A stretch of 64,000 nt of DNA from Trichosphaerium sp. ATCC 40318. Its lineage: Eukaryota; Protista; Tubulinea. The notes beneath the pieces were generated by a model. The model was not told the origin of the DNA and searched no databases. It saw nothing but the letters and a program-made list of their open reading frames with translations. Of the stretch, positions 12,001 through 23,723 are shown in pieces; the first letter of the stretch is position 1; every line of letters starts with the position of its first letter. The DNA is taken from positions 1 to 64,000 of the forward strand of contig JALMLS010000577.1 of NCBI GenBank assembly GCA_038496445.1, in the 5' to 3' direction. A program made the position numbers and the translations under genes.

Positions 12001-15000
12001 TTCACATGGAGGACATTGAAGTTTTTTGTGTTTTGTGTACTGTACTTTAATAAATGAATCACTATTGTATGCCTATATAAAGCCTTGTTTTATGAGTATA
12101 TGGTGCCTGGGTTATGCCCAAAAATTGAGGGCAAAAATGCCTTATTGTTGCACTAAAAATGAGGCATTATTGGACCAACAATGCAGGCTATTTTAAGGCT
12201 AATTAGTGAACCAGTTGCTTGCTATTTGGCCCAAATATGAGGCTCCAAAGCCCAAAATTACAAGGCAATGCCTCATATTTGCTCATTTTTTTTGGCAAAA
12301 ACAAGGCAATTTGGTGAAAAATAAGGCTGTATTTGGTGGCAAAAAAAAGGCTTTTGCAAAAAAAGCCTTATTTAGTTTCAGCCCTGGAATAAAAATGCAA
12401 CCCTGTCCCCTTGAAAAATTTTCAAGTGCTTTAAGAACACATCAAGAATTTTTGGCCAAATTTCGTTGGTCACATACCCTTTACCATGAAATATATAGTA
12501 TCTAGGCCATGAAGAGCGGGTATTTGTTGGTCTGGGTACTGTCATTTGATGCACTTTTTGTTCATCACCTTTGTTTTTTGCTGCCATTATATAAATTGAC
12601 ACCAGTACGCGTCCAGAGGCTGAAACAAACGGAATCAACGTGAGAGGGCTGCTTGTGTTATTGTTCAGCCGCCCAGCAATTTTCATCGTTCTATCTTGAA
12701 AGGTAATGTGTTGATACTTGTCACTTGATGCTGTTATCAACTTTTTGTCACAATTGAACATCAAATCTGGGTTCATATAATACATCTCTGAGAATCGCTC
12801 AAAACCATCACACCAAGCTTCTACACGTGGCAGAGTGACAGGAGATACACGGCAGCGACGAATTGTCTTCGAAACAGTGGCTTTGAGTTCAATATTGTGT
12901 CTTTCAGTGAAGCCATCACACCAAGCTTCCATACTGGTCAACTTCTTCTTCTTGTACAGACTTTGTGCCATAGATATCAAGGATGCACGTGATAGAGGCA
13001 TATGACGCCCGCTAAAACTCAAACAGTAGCCAACCAACATTTCTTCTTCAAAATCCGTAAAAAGTTGGTTGCCATGAGATTTGAAATTCTCTGAATTCTC
13101 CTTTGCAAATGCCCTCTGAACACGCTTTCGTAGCGATTCTGATTTAACACAGTGTTTTTTAGCCACTGTGATGCAAATTTGACGAATTGAGAGTGTTTGT
13201 GAAGGTTTACGCTTCTTTAGTTTATAAAGTACTTCCTTTGTGGCCTCTGCCATGTTTTTAGCCTTTGCGGCACTTCTGCGAGGCATTTTAAAAATTGAAA
13301 AGTGGGGACATTTTACCTAGAATTGGGACATTTTATACTTTTCACTAATTACGACGACAACAGTCCATTAATTTTTTTTTTCAGTGTCTGCAACGTTAAA
13401 GGCTCAAAATGTTTCTTGGGTTATCTTTCTTTGTATACTAAAAAGACCTACCGAAGACCTGTTAATTAGTTATAAAGAAATATCTAAGGTACTTAATTAC
13501 TATATCACGTGGGGAACTCTATTAATAGAAATACCCGTAGATACTGTATCATGGAATTAGAGACAATGAAAATATTGTTTTTGGTGACGGTCAAATTGAT
13601 AACATTATTGATAGCCTGAAAGGGTTGAATATAGATGGTTTGGTATACTTAATATCACATCCAATCAAATTCCCTCAAATAAAAGATATGGAGTCTATGC
13701 ACTTGAACGTGGAAGAGTATGATACGTCCAGTAAGTTTTATGAAAATACTTTTTATTGATACTAATTGTACAAAGGTGACTTCTTACCTCTATTGACGGT
13801 ATGTTTATTCAAGCTCACAGGGTTTTCTACCGAACTATTTTCCGAGTTATCAAAGGCGTACACTTGGGATCCTAATAGTATATCTGCACACCGGTAAGTA
13901 CTTGGTTTTTTCTTTCTAACTTCAGAGCTGATCTTTTTCTTCAAGTATTATTCAATTCCTTTGTTACTTGATTTCCAACGCCCCAATTATTCTTTCCTTT
14001 GTAACAGAAGAGCATGAATGGGTTCCAGAATTTCTAGAGTTCCTAGAGCGTATGAGTTATGACGATCAAATGAAGATAAAAACTACTTTAACAGCAAGGT
14101 TGAAACACAGTGTAAGTAACAACACAACATTCTCACCTGTTTATCTGATAGTACCTATGCGAAGAAACCACTTAATGTATTCTGTGATCGCAGAGGTATT
14201 ATAAGTAAGCCATGCACACGTGTTGTGAAGCGAAAGAAGTTCAAAAAAGAAGTTGAGATATGGGCAATACCTGAAGTTGAAGTTGCTAGAGAGTTAACAC
14301 TCATTAGTCATGAAATGTACATCCCAATATACGCTTTAACAGCCATTGATATATCTCACAGTGCACGTAAGATTAATCTTAGCGAATTATTATTCCACGA
14401 AGGAGAAGCTGTTGGACACCTTCAAGCAGTAATGCAAAAGTTCGACAATGTACGATTTTATTGCGCTTGATTATTTTTATCTACTAACTCGTTTCTTATG
14501 AAAATAGCTGACTAACTTAGTGCTTGAGAGCATAATATTAGGAGACGACATTAAAGTCAGAGTATCACGCGCTGTGTACTTGATTAATCTTGCTGAAGAA
14601 TTAGTTTCCTTGGGAAACTTCTTTGGTGCTATTGCAGTAATTTCAGGCTTAGGATACGATTCTATACGTATACTATGGCAAACAGTCGATGTCGTACGTG
14701 TGAATTCTTTTACTGATGTACTGTGCACGTGAAAATAGTGCATGACTTAAACTGTAAAATACTTAAACGTGGCTAAGAAGAAAAAAATTAAATCACGATT
14801 TGATGAACTAATGGCTATAATGTCACCGGCATTTGGATATAAGACACTCGAAGATCTCAAGAGGTAATTATTCCTTAAATGTTATTTGATTTCATATCCT
14901 ACCAATCGTGCATTTTAGATTTGAATTAAAAAATCAAGCATTTATTGTTGACTTTATTATTTGTAGGATGAGGACCAAAGATGGTCTCCCAATGATTCCT

Positions 15001-15264
15001 TATGTTGCTTTGATGATTTCCAACATTGTTTATTTATCTGGAGCAAATCCTGACTATAGACAAGGAGTAACAAGTAAACAATGCTACAATGTTGTAAAGG
15101 TAAAATCTTTAATCAAAGAAATTGGTGCTTTCTACAAAGAGCTTGTTCCATCATATCCTTTTCAAACAATTCCATGGATACGCAATATTATAAATTCTCG
15201 GAAGTCAACTATGAGCACAGTAGAATGGTTTGCATTGTCGTTAAAACGAGAACCTAGAGAGTAA
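9030..15264 (+). CDS. F-box + RasGEF (CDC25) domain protein; one intron carries a transposon
   Basis: F-box MDKLPPEVLQQ/VFKGI...VCKEWNTLI from 9427; CDC25 motifs EVARELTLISHE, LGNFFGAIAVISGL, PMIPYVAL, LSLKREPRE; 5' start uncertain. Confidence 0.75.
10440..11157. repeat. Tandem-repeat insertion (about 7-8 units, mostly ~100 bp) inside the transposase
   Basis: Unit ACAAATGGCTAATTTATTTCCAAATTAAGCACAATCAATCTACATGTGTGGATTATTTATC...; starts near 10443, 10544, 10650, 10707, 10799, 10902, 11005, 11117; flanked by direct repeat AGGG(TA). Confidence 0.9.
11459..12386. mobile_element. Non-autonomous TIR element (MITE), 928 bp
   Basis: TIR CAGGGCTGAAACTAAA(C/T)AAGGC at both ends; GAA duplicated on both flanks; many subterminal AGGCAT/AATGCC motifs; no transposase ORF. 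Confidence 0.9.
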
Positions 15265-15504
15265 AATAAAATTCTTCAACTGGTCAAATTCTTTCTTTTA
15301 AATTCTGTGATTTTAACATGGTATTGGCTAAGCTCAACTTGCACTTAACAACTTAACTCGAATATCCATCACTTGTAATATTATATTGTGTACCATCAAG
15401 GCATACGGTCAAAGACTACCAGCTATGCTAATTGAGTACAATAGACACAATGAAACAAGTACAGGTATTATAGTACAACCAATTTACAGAGAATTGGACA
15501 TTTT

Positions 15505-16389
15505 TTACAACCAAGTAATGTTTAGTGCTTCAACATCCTCTTTTCTAATTTCAGATTTGGCATAGGATGTTTGTAACTTTAGTGTTTTCAGAGATGTCAA
15601 TCGTTTCAAACAAGCCATTGTTAACGAACCTGCTGTATGAATTAGTTCAAGGTGTTCAAGATTTACCAAGCCCTCCAACCCTGCATCTGTTATAGTGCCA
15701 CAGTAATAAAAACGCAAGGTTTTCACACTAGTCAATGCCTTGACACCTTCATCTGTTATTTTATTACACATTGACATGTCAATTTTGTGTGCATATTTGA
15801 GTGCTTTGAGACCTTCATCTGTCATTGCTTTTCCTTCATCAATATGTATTTCTTTGACATTACAAAGTACTTTGAGCCATTCATCTTGTGGATTGCTGAG
15901 CTTAACAGTATGTGCGCCTCTTATTGCCTTGATACCTTGAATAGAAAATTTGGGGCAAGATTGAACATCAATTGTATGTACACCACTAAGTGCTTGCAAA
16001 GAAACATCTGTTATAGCCCAAGCACGCAAGGTAATTTTGTGAATGTTGTGGTTTCCCCTTTGTGTCAGTGCAAGGATAGCATCATCTGTGATTCGTACAT
16101 TCCCCAGATTTATGGTGTGAACGCCTTGGAGGTAGTTCAGAGCAGCCCATGATAATGAATGAAGATAAGCAAAAGCGATTTCTGTGTTTTTAAGCAACGG
16201 GCTGCCTTTGAGAACCTTACAGTCAAAAGCGTATACCAATCTCAGCCTAATAAAGCCTATATTGTAGCGTATGATGTTGTTGAACTTGTGAGAAACTGCA
16301 GAAGCGTTAATACGCTGTTTCTTGTCCAAGTAAGTTAGAATTTGAGTTAAAATCTCTGGCGGTAAGTTTTGAATAGGTTCAGCGTCCAT
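15505..16389 (-). CDS. F-box/leucine-rich repeat protein, intronless
   Basis: IQNLPPEILTQILTYL F-box; repeats VHTINL..ITD..L.AL; ATG at 16389. Confidence 0.85.
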   Translation of the reverse strand: MDAEPIQNLPPEILTQILTYLDKKQRINASAVSHKFNNIIRYNIGFIRLRLVYAFDCKVLKGSPLLKNTEIAFAYLHSLSWAALNYLQGVHTINLGNVRITDDAILALTQRGNHNIHKITLRAWAITDVSLQALSGVHTIDVQSCPKFSIQGIKAIRGAHTVKLSNPQDEWLKVLCNVKEIHIDEGKAMTDEGLKALKYAHKIDMSMCNKITDEGVKALTSVKTLRFYYCGTITDAGLEGLVNLEHLELIHTAGSLTMACLKRLTSLKTLKLQTSYAKSEIRKEDVEALNITWL

Positions 16390-16787
16390 AAGCAATATTT
16401 TTACAAGCGAGACGCAACAGCAAGAAAAAATAACAAAACTTGGGCACGTGTTATTGTAGATAACTGAGTTAACGTATTTTATGACTTACGTTGACTTTAT
16501 CTGTATACAATTGCACTAAGGAAGAGTTCTAAGAATGGCTTGTCAAATGTCACTGGTATTGTACTGCGTTGAAATACACTGCAGGATCCACCCTTATTTA
16601 TTAATGGCACCACACATTATAGCCTGACACTGGTGATCACTGTCGATACCTGGCAAATTGCTTTTACATATTCGTAAGTTAAACAAGATAGTAAAGTTAA
16701 GGATCATGTATACGTCTCGAAAAGAACTATACGAACAAACAGACTTGTAAAGGGGATGAAAATAGACTTTTATTTCCAAAAAATTGT

Positions 16788-17141
16788 TTAGTCAAAGTCT
16801 GCGTATAGGTAGCATTTTGTTTTGCTAGACATACACCTCATTACATCACGATTAGCATCTAATCTATGAGAAACACTCCAACCACGTCGATCCCGTACAG
16901 ACTCTACATACAAACCTTGTAAATGCACTACACTTTTAGAGTGGTCGGTATAATAGCAGTGCATTGTTGTGTAGTAATCGTAGGCTGCATTCCAGTTGGC
17001 GCTTATACTAGGTACAATGACGTGTACTTGCCAGAACGTCTTACCTCTAGGGACAGGGCAGACAGTCCTACTGCCAAGGAAGCCTTCTGAAACAGCAATG
17101 AAGCAAAGTGTTACAAGGATAATTGATGAGATACGTTGCAT
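16788..17141 (-). CDS. Small secreted Cys-containing protein, unknown function
   Basis: Signal peptide MQRISSIILVTLCFIAVSEG; 117 aa; intronless; four Cys in the mature part. Confidence 0.6.
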   Translation of the reverse strand: MQRISSIILVTLCFIAVSEGFLGSRTVCPVPRGKTFWQVHVIVPSISANWNAAYDYYTTMHCYYTDHSKSVVHLQGLYVESVRDRRGWSVSHRLDANRDVMRCMSSKTKCYLYADFD

Positions 17142-18028
17142 TGTGAGTGTTTGGTGCAAGTATCCTTTTTTTAGTGAAGAATGGCTTAAAACGGAGTACT
17201 TCTTTTAAAACAAAGAGAAGTATTTGTTTAAGTTCACTCCATCGCATTTAAAGGCGTGAAAGCGACTAGAAACGCTTACGAACTTTTGTGGCAATAAAAC
17301 GATACAAGTCGACCTCACAACACGTTCCGTGGCACCTACTATAGCATAGTGCATAGCGCTACGAGTTGGAACTACAGATACACAAAATAGGCCAAAATGG
17401 AATTACCAAGTAGGAATTGCTTTTCCTTTAACTCTGATGCTCTGTTACGTACCACGAAGAAAAGACAAGTAGTTCCTTACTTAATACCTGTTTAACGAAG
17501 TACTCTTTGCTCAGAATCACTTATTCCGTCGCCAAAAAAGCTAATCTAGTCCTTTGTTTTAGACAATACTGGAGTGCAGTAGATACGCTTTGGACCTTTG
17601 GATATTGTTGAAATCCACACTTCTCATTTCCGCTTTGCGGGAAAAAATCCGAATGCTGAGAGTTTGTTTGGAATGTTTACAAAGAAACTTGGACTGTTTT
17701 CTGCTTTTTTTTCTCTCGCTTAGGACGCCCCTGAAACGCATATAAATAGTCAAATTTAGCTCTCCTACGCATGTAAAGGCTACAAAAGCGGTAAACGTGT
17801 AAGTGGAAGTAGACATACACAGTTTTCAGTTGCAAGTGTTTTATTTCTACGACTGGCAATTAAATGCAAGTCATGTTTCATAATTTGGGTTTTGCATCCT
17901 TTTTTTTTTTAAATGATAGTACAAAACAAGGATTTTATTGGCAAGTACCAAAAAAAACTTGTTTATGGTCACGTGAACCTTCGTTTTTATGTGATGGTCT
18001 GGTAAGTCCTCTTCCTTCTTTTTTGGAT

Positions 18029-19931
18029 CTAATCGAATCCATACAACCTTGGCTGCTTAACTGGAGGTGGTGGTCTCTCTGCTGGAGTGAAAATATGTCT
18101 AAAAATAAGAAAGGTTAGAAACAAGGAGAGAATAATAATCCACGTACATTTCTCTTTTACCATCAGCATCGTATGTAACATAAGAAGCTTTGTTCTCCAT
18201 ACCGCAATAATTAGGAGCAGAAAACACTGTAAGTACTTTCTTGTCATGACTCCAAAAGAATCCCTATAACAGTAATGAGCATAACGCAAACAAAAAAACT
18301 TTGTGGATTCAAAACAAAAAAAACCAAAAAATCAGGTGGGGTTTTTTTTTAAAAATCTTCAATATGAATCCTGGAGCATTATAATATACATGGGTAAAAC
18401 ATATTGTGTTTTGAAAATACTCACTTTACAACGAAAGTCATGAGTAAGAAAAAAAAGAAAAAAGAAAGAAAAAAAAAAGTAACAATTGTTTGAAAATAAT
18501 GTAGAGTTTGTTTGTATTACCTGATCAGCAAGTTTATGAGCTCTTATTATCAAATCAATATTATTATTTTTAATGAACTTAAATGTTACATCTGATCCAA
18601 AAAGAAAACCAACACCACGTGGTGATCTTTTATAACCAGCTTTATTATAAGGATCGCTCCACAACAAATCTAAAAAAAAAAGGAACGAACATTAGTACAA
18701 AAAAAAGACACTTTCTTTAGTCCCTTTCACTTCATACCTCCTATAGGTCCCTTACTTGGAGCCTCTTGCCAACGTGGCAAGCAACGGACATCATCTATAC
18801 TATTTATCTCAGGAGATAATCCACCGTGAATGCAAAAGATACGTTCTTTTGGACTCGTTATTAATGCAGCCAAAGGTAATACGTCAAAGACGTTATTCAA
18901 ATATTGCCAAACCTCATTAGGAGGTAAAGGGTACTTTCTTAAACATTCAACCATCAATCCATACCTATTAAACAAAAACATAAGCAAAAACAGTGAGTGA
19001 CAAAAACAAACAAAAAAAAAAGATTTACAGGTTTTTTTAGTTTTGTGATTTCTCATCTGTAGAAAACAACACATCGCACGTGGATAATTGTGCGCAAGGG
19101 ATATGATATAAAAGTAACCTGGGAGAATCATATAAAGGTTTTTTTTGACAAGAGCATAAACCTCGTTCGCAGAAAAGTTGACAAAATCGAAGTACAAAAA
19201 AAGAACAAAATTTAGGGTTCCGTACGCTCTATTTATTTCTCTAGCCTCATGATTACCACGTAATAGTGTTATATGATCAGGGTACTTTAGTTTATAACAA
19301 AAAAGTAATGATATTACTTGAAGTGAGTCTGGTCCTCTAATAAACGATAACAGTAAGTAAAATTAACAAGAACAAGCGGGAAACAAAAACTCGTGAAAAA
19401 AAAAAAAATCGGATTCCTCTCTATTTGCCATTTTATCGAGCGACTAGGTAGCCCACGCACCTATCAACATAGTCTCCAAGGAATAAATACTTATTTTCTT
19501 TAACATGCCCAGCTAATTTTAATAGCTTCTTTAAATCCCAGTATTGACCATGTAAGTCACCAACCTAACGTGAACGTATGTTTTTAGCGTCTTTGCTTTG
19601 TTTTTGTAGAATGAACTTTTTTTCTTTCAAAAAAGAAAAATAGATTTATGGGATTTGTGATGCTGTTTTCGTACCAGAGTTAATGGAGCTGTCAAAGGTA
19701 CTACTGTAGGTTCCTCTTGTAGCACTTGTCTTACCTTTCTAGCCATTAATAAACCAAAAAAATAAAAAAGGTCGTTTCGGGCCGTTTATATGTTTATATT
19801 GCGTCAACAGAGCTACGTACCTGTGAGCAAACGATTTTAAGATCGTCCATTGACAACAATTTGTTGTCTTCTAATGATGCTATACATGCGTCTAAATCTA
19901 CTGACGCTTCTTCTGCGCACATACGCGACAT
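18029..19931 (-). CDS. Ser/Thr phosphoprotein phosphatase catalytic subunit, PP2A/PP4/PP6 group (divergent)
   Basis: Exons encode GDLHGQ, LGDYVDRG, LRGNHE, HGGLSP, LWSDP, SPRGVG and IRAHKL. Confidence 0.88.
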
Positions 19932-20787
19932 GTGAGACCGACATATGTTCCGGCGCTGGCTTTTAACTTTTTCAACTACCACTTCGCCTAGGTGGAAGCA
20001 ATTAGCGCTGAGGTGAGTATTAAACGTTTTGAGCAATAAACGCTAAAATCGTCTGAGGTGCATTTTGCGCGTATTTTCAACGCGAAAAGACACCAAACCA
20101 TTCTACTACGTACCTATTTGTATCTTAGACAATTCAAGAGGCGGAATAACCTGAACACGCTTTGTATTCTTTTTACTCCCTGTAGGGTCTGCCATTGCTA
20201 TTACCTTACACGCGGAGTATCCATGCGCCTGTTTCTTTTAATATAACCGAGCGGGGTCAGCTTAATTGCATGACGTTCTTATTTAGGTTTATTCCTCCAA
20301 AGCCTCCTGTGTAGTTCGTACTACCATAGTAGAGCAAGAAACTGGTGTTTCTGGAATATTAGGAAGTTACCCCCGATAAGAACACTGTGTCACTACTGTA
20401 TCATGTATGGTTACTATGAAAGTGGGCTTAAAGTACACTCGGTACGTATTTAATTGCAGATTAAAGCAATAACCGCTAGAATAAACTGTTCTTCTACTTT
20501 TTTTGAAACAATTGTAAATTCTCTGTACCTCAGTTTGCACGCTATTCATAGATGTATCCTCATGCTACCTGATACTACGTACAAAAGTATACAGGGAGAA
20601 GCATATGGAAGGCTCGTATAAGCACATGATAATGTTTAAGTGAGTTTGAGGCGACATGTTGGACGAATCGCAGATCCGAGATTTCATTTGGAACAAAATT
20701 CGCTCCTTGAGAGTTGTAAGAATTCTGTAGTCAATTGTTACAACAATAACTGAAATTATGTCTTTATTTAGCTATGTTACTTTTTTC

Positions 20788-21734
20788 TTAACCTCTTACT
20801 CGATGTTGTATTGTCCACAACAAGTTTCCTCTTTTTTTCTTATTTTCTTCTTCGTGTACAGCTACTTTACAACTCCTTAGTAGTAGAAGTCTGTTATCCT
20901 TTAATGTGCGTCTCTTCTTATTCTTATGAAAAAGAGGGTCATATCGAGCAAAGCTAAAGACGCCAACACATCCAGAAGCCATACCAACTGTGAAAGTATC
21001 TGTTTCGCCAGCATACAAGTCATTCATTGTTACACCAAGTACACAGTATGCATTGGTTAAATCCTCTCGTATATCTTTAAGCATCTTTAAAAAATAAGAA
21101 ACCTTGTACTGGATAGCATCTTCAGGCGTCCTATCTTCATACCAAGGATGACACCTGCAGAACAAAAAAAAGTGAGTTTTCAAAAGAAAAACATAAAAAA
21201 ACTGAGGTACCTTCTTGAGCGGAGTGGCCAAGACTTACGTCCTTTACGTAAGGTGTGTATTTTCCTTGATACAATTACTTTACAGTCATTAAGGCATTTG
21301 ACTGTTATAGGGTAGTAGAATGCTTGACAATAGTCGATTATTTTTGTGACATCAATTTCATTGAATGATCCAAAAGGTTGAATGTAAATTACACTGCCAT
21401 GTCTGTTACTCCTTCTCTTCCATCTCTCCGACCTACACAAACAGTTAGTATGTTCAAAAACCCACATAAGGTTCTTGAGGATACCAGTTGAGGTAAGTTT
21501 GTTTGCGAAGCGGTTTCTGAGCGAGGTAGTCGTCTATGTGGTTTGGTTGTGGTATTGGCGGGAAAAAACGATCGTTTGGCTGATAAACCGCTGGAATAGA
21601 ATCGAGGGCTAATGTCAAAAGGTAAGCTTGGATCGTTGTTTGTAAATTTAACTCATACGGAATCCGATGCCTTCAGCACGTTCTTTGTTAGTTGGTAAAT
21701 CAAGCACAGGAATATGAGCTTCTTCGGTTGACAT
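20788..21734 (-). pseudogene. Archaemetzincin (peptidase M54, AMZ2-like), apparently truncated at the HExxH motif
   Basis: DDYLAQ, IYIQPFG, CVLGVTMNDLY, GVFSFARYDP, LLRSCKVAVHE, then unrelated EENKKKRG...stop. Confidence 0.65.
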
Positions 21735-22014
21735 GTTGATGAAAAATATATGGAAGCTGTTTGACATTTAAACGGTTTGAATCATTGAACCCGACGTTAT
21801 GACGTTCATTTTTTCGCAATGAATTTTTGGGATAAATATTAAGTTTGTCAAAGATGACAGCCACATGTCGAAAAATTGAGGTTACCTTGGTCTGTGAGTA
21901 AGGTTCTTGTCTCACGTTTTCAAGTTTAACCACGCATCTCGAGCCGTGGACTTAAGTTGTGCGAGATTAAGCCATTTTTTCATTTGCAACCACTTTTGTG
22001 CAAAACAAGCAAAC

Positions 22015-23442
22015 ATGGCTGAGGAGAAATTTCAAGCTATAATACAGATAGTAAGAGCTACAGATTTAAAGGTCGCTGATAAGAATGGGACATCAGATCC
22101 TTACGTAAAGTGCTACATGGCTCAAAACGCAGACCAAGCATTTAAATCGCACGTACGTTAAATATAATACAAAATTAGAGCAGAATAACGCCTTTTACCT
22201 AAAACTGCTTCAGCTTTCTCAAACAGTGATTAATGTACGTTTTTAGGTTATCAAACGTGAGTTAAATCCTCACTGGGATGTTTTATGGACAACAACAGCT
22301 GTAAAAAGCGACGAACTCGTTTTCGAAGTTTGGGACAAGGATAAATTCGGCAAGGACTTCCTTGGTATTGTAAGGGTCAAGGCATCTTCATTAACTGCCG
22401 AAGATAAGTCACTCAGCCTTCCTCTTGAACCTCGTTCACCAAAGGATGAAGGTGTTAAAGGAGAGATACATATAACGGTCCGATCAGCAGAGGTTACAAT
22501 AGTTGATGGTGGAGCCACAAAAAAAAAGATTTCAAAGCATCTTTTAGTACCTATTTTGACAAACAATATGGCTCCTCTCTTGGCTGAGATGTCACCAAAG
22601 TTATTGCGTACTGTAGATATTACAGGATTACAATGTATAAGAAACACAATATTAGTTCATTTCGGTGCAATGCATGGATATGCTAAACAAGGTGTCTACC
22701 TTGAAAGTGTCCAAAAACAAGGTAATTCAAAAAGAACAAGAAAAAAAATGCTGCAATACTGTGTAGCATGCTCTAAAACACGAGGTTTTAAATTTTATAC
22801 AAACCCTTGATATAACATATTTGAAAACAACAAGATTTGTTACTATTAGTAACATCGACAATCATATAAAAAGAGAAAAGAAGAAAACTTCTATTTTCAA
22901 AACGAAAAAAAAAACTAAATCATTTTCTTCGCTGTCAACCACTCTTCGCCCACTAACAGCTTTTTGTTTTAGGTAAAATAAAGATACGTCAATCAGCACA
23001 TACTTACGCATTCGATAACGGAGGAATGGATATTAAATGTACATGGAAAGACCATAAACTAACAAAGTTTAATTTCGGTTCTGTTGTTATAACAAGTTTA
23101 TACAAAGAGCCATTAAAGATGATAATATTTGCTGAACATGTTAAAAAAGCACTAGAACAAATATCTACCTTAGAAGGTGAACAAACAGCCAAAACAAGCT
23201 GTGACACTCAATTCGCTGAAGGACCAAGATACCCTCTATTGAAGGCCTTAGTTTGTGGTAAAAATGTTACTGTATCTCATGGGTACTCTTCAGAGGATGA
23301 GGAAACAGCTAAGAGCTCAAAGAAACAAATTAAACTTAATGTTAAGATCGTTGTATCCAAAGAAGGAGAAGAACCAAAAAATATTATTGTAACGTTACTT
23401 CTAACATCATTTAACGCTAAAATTGTTGATTGGACTGAATAA
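22015..23442 (+). CDS. C2-domain protein
   Basis: IVRATDLKVADKNGTSDPYVKC...VIKRELNPHW...FEVWDKDKFGKDFLG; three exons. Confidence 0.85.
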
Positions 23443-23723
23443 TAAATCAAACACTTAGGACATTTCTTGAACAAGTTTTTGTTGTGTTCGAATGAGTACC
23501 GTCCGTTTTAGTTCCTTTAACGTACAGTTTGTTTTTCAAAGCAAGCAGTGTGAAGAGTCGCTTTTTTTTTGATAAAAAAATCTACCTACTCGCGTAGCGC
23601 ACGTAAAACGTCATAAGTATGTATGCGTAGATGAATTATTTCGCGTAGATGTGAATTGCAAAATGACCGAAAATTGTTTAAATGTAAAGGGCTTTACCTT
23701 TGTTTGAATTTATTTATTTATAC

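Larger units (their letters stand above)
9831..13286 (-). pseudogene. DD35D transposase (CENP-B-type HTH, DDE_1, C-terminal Cys-rich PHD-like finger) split into three pieces
   Basis: MFNCD...FLF/LDRLASH...PHTSHFTQPLD with 35 residues between D2 and D3; C-terminal CQIC...WVWCEVCDQY..CPCC. Confidence 0.88.
9718..13345 (-). mobile_element. pogo/Fot1-like (Tc1/mariner superfamily) DNA transposon with two nested insertions
   Basis: 51-bp TIRs at 9718-9768 and 13295-13345 (47/51 identical), each with two AAAATGTCCC motifs; TA on both flanks (9716-9717, 13346-13347); internal DDE_1 transposase. Confidence 0.93.

Noticed and set aside
12206-12505. 99-aa + strand ORF in the MITE arm
   Set aside because: It spans the MITE/transposase junction and is built from subterminal repeats; no protein motif.
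17160-17172. Perfect U12 donor GTATCCTTT
   Set aside because: It is antisense to, and just upstream of, a minus-strand gene; there is no + strand gene to splice.
22188-22204. U5 snRNA loop I (GCCTTTTAC)
   Set aside because: Flanks do not form the U5 stem and no Sm site is evident; it lies in a short intron.
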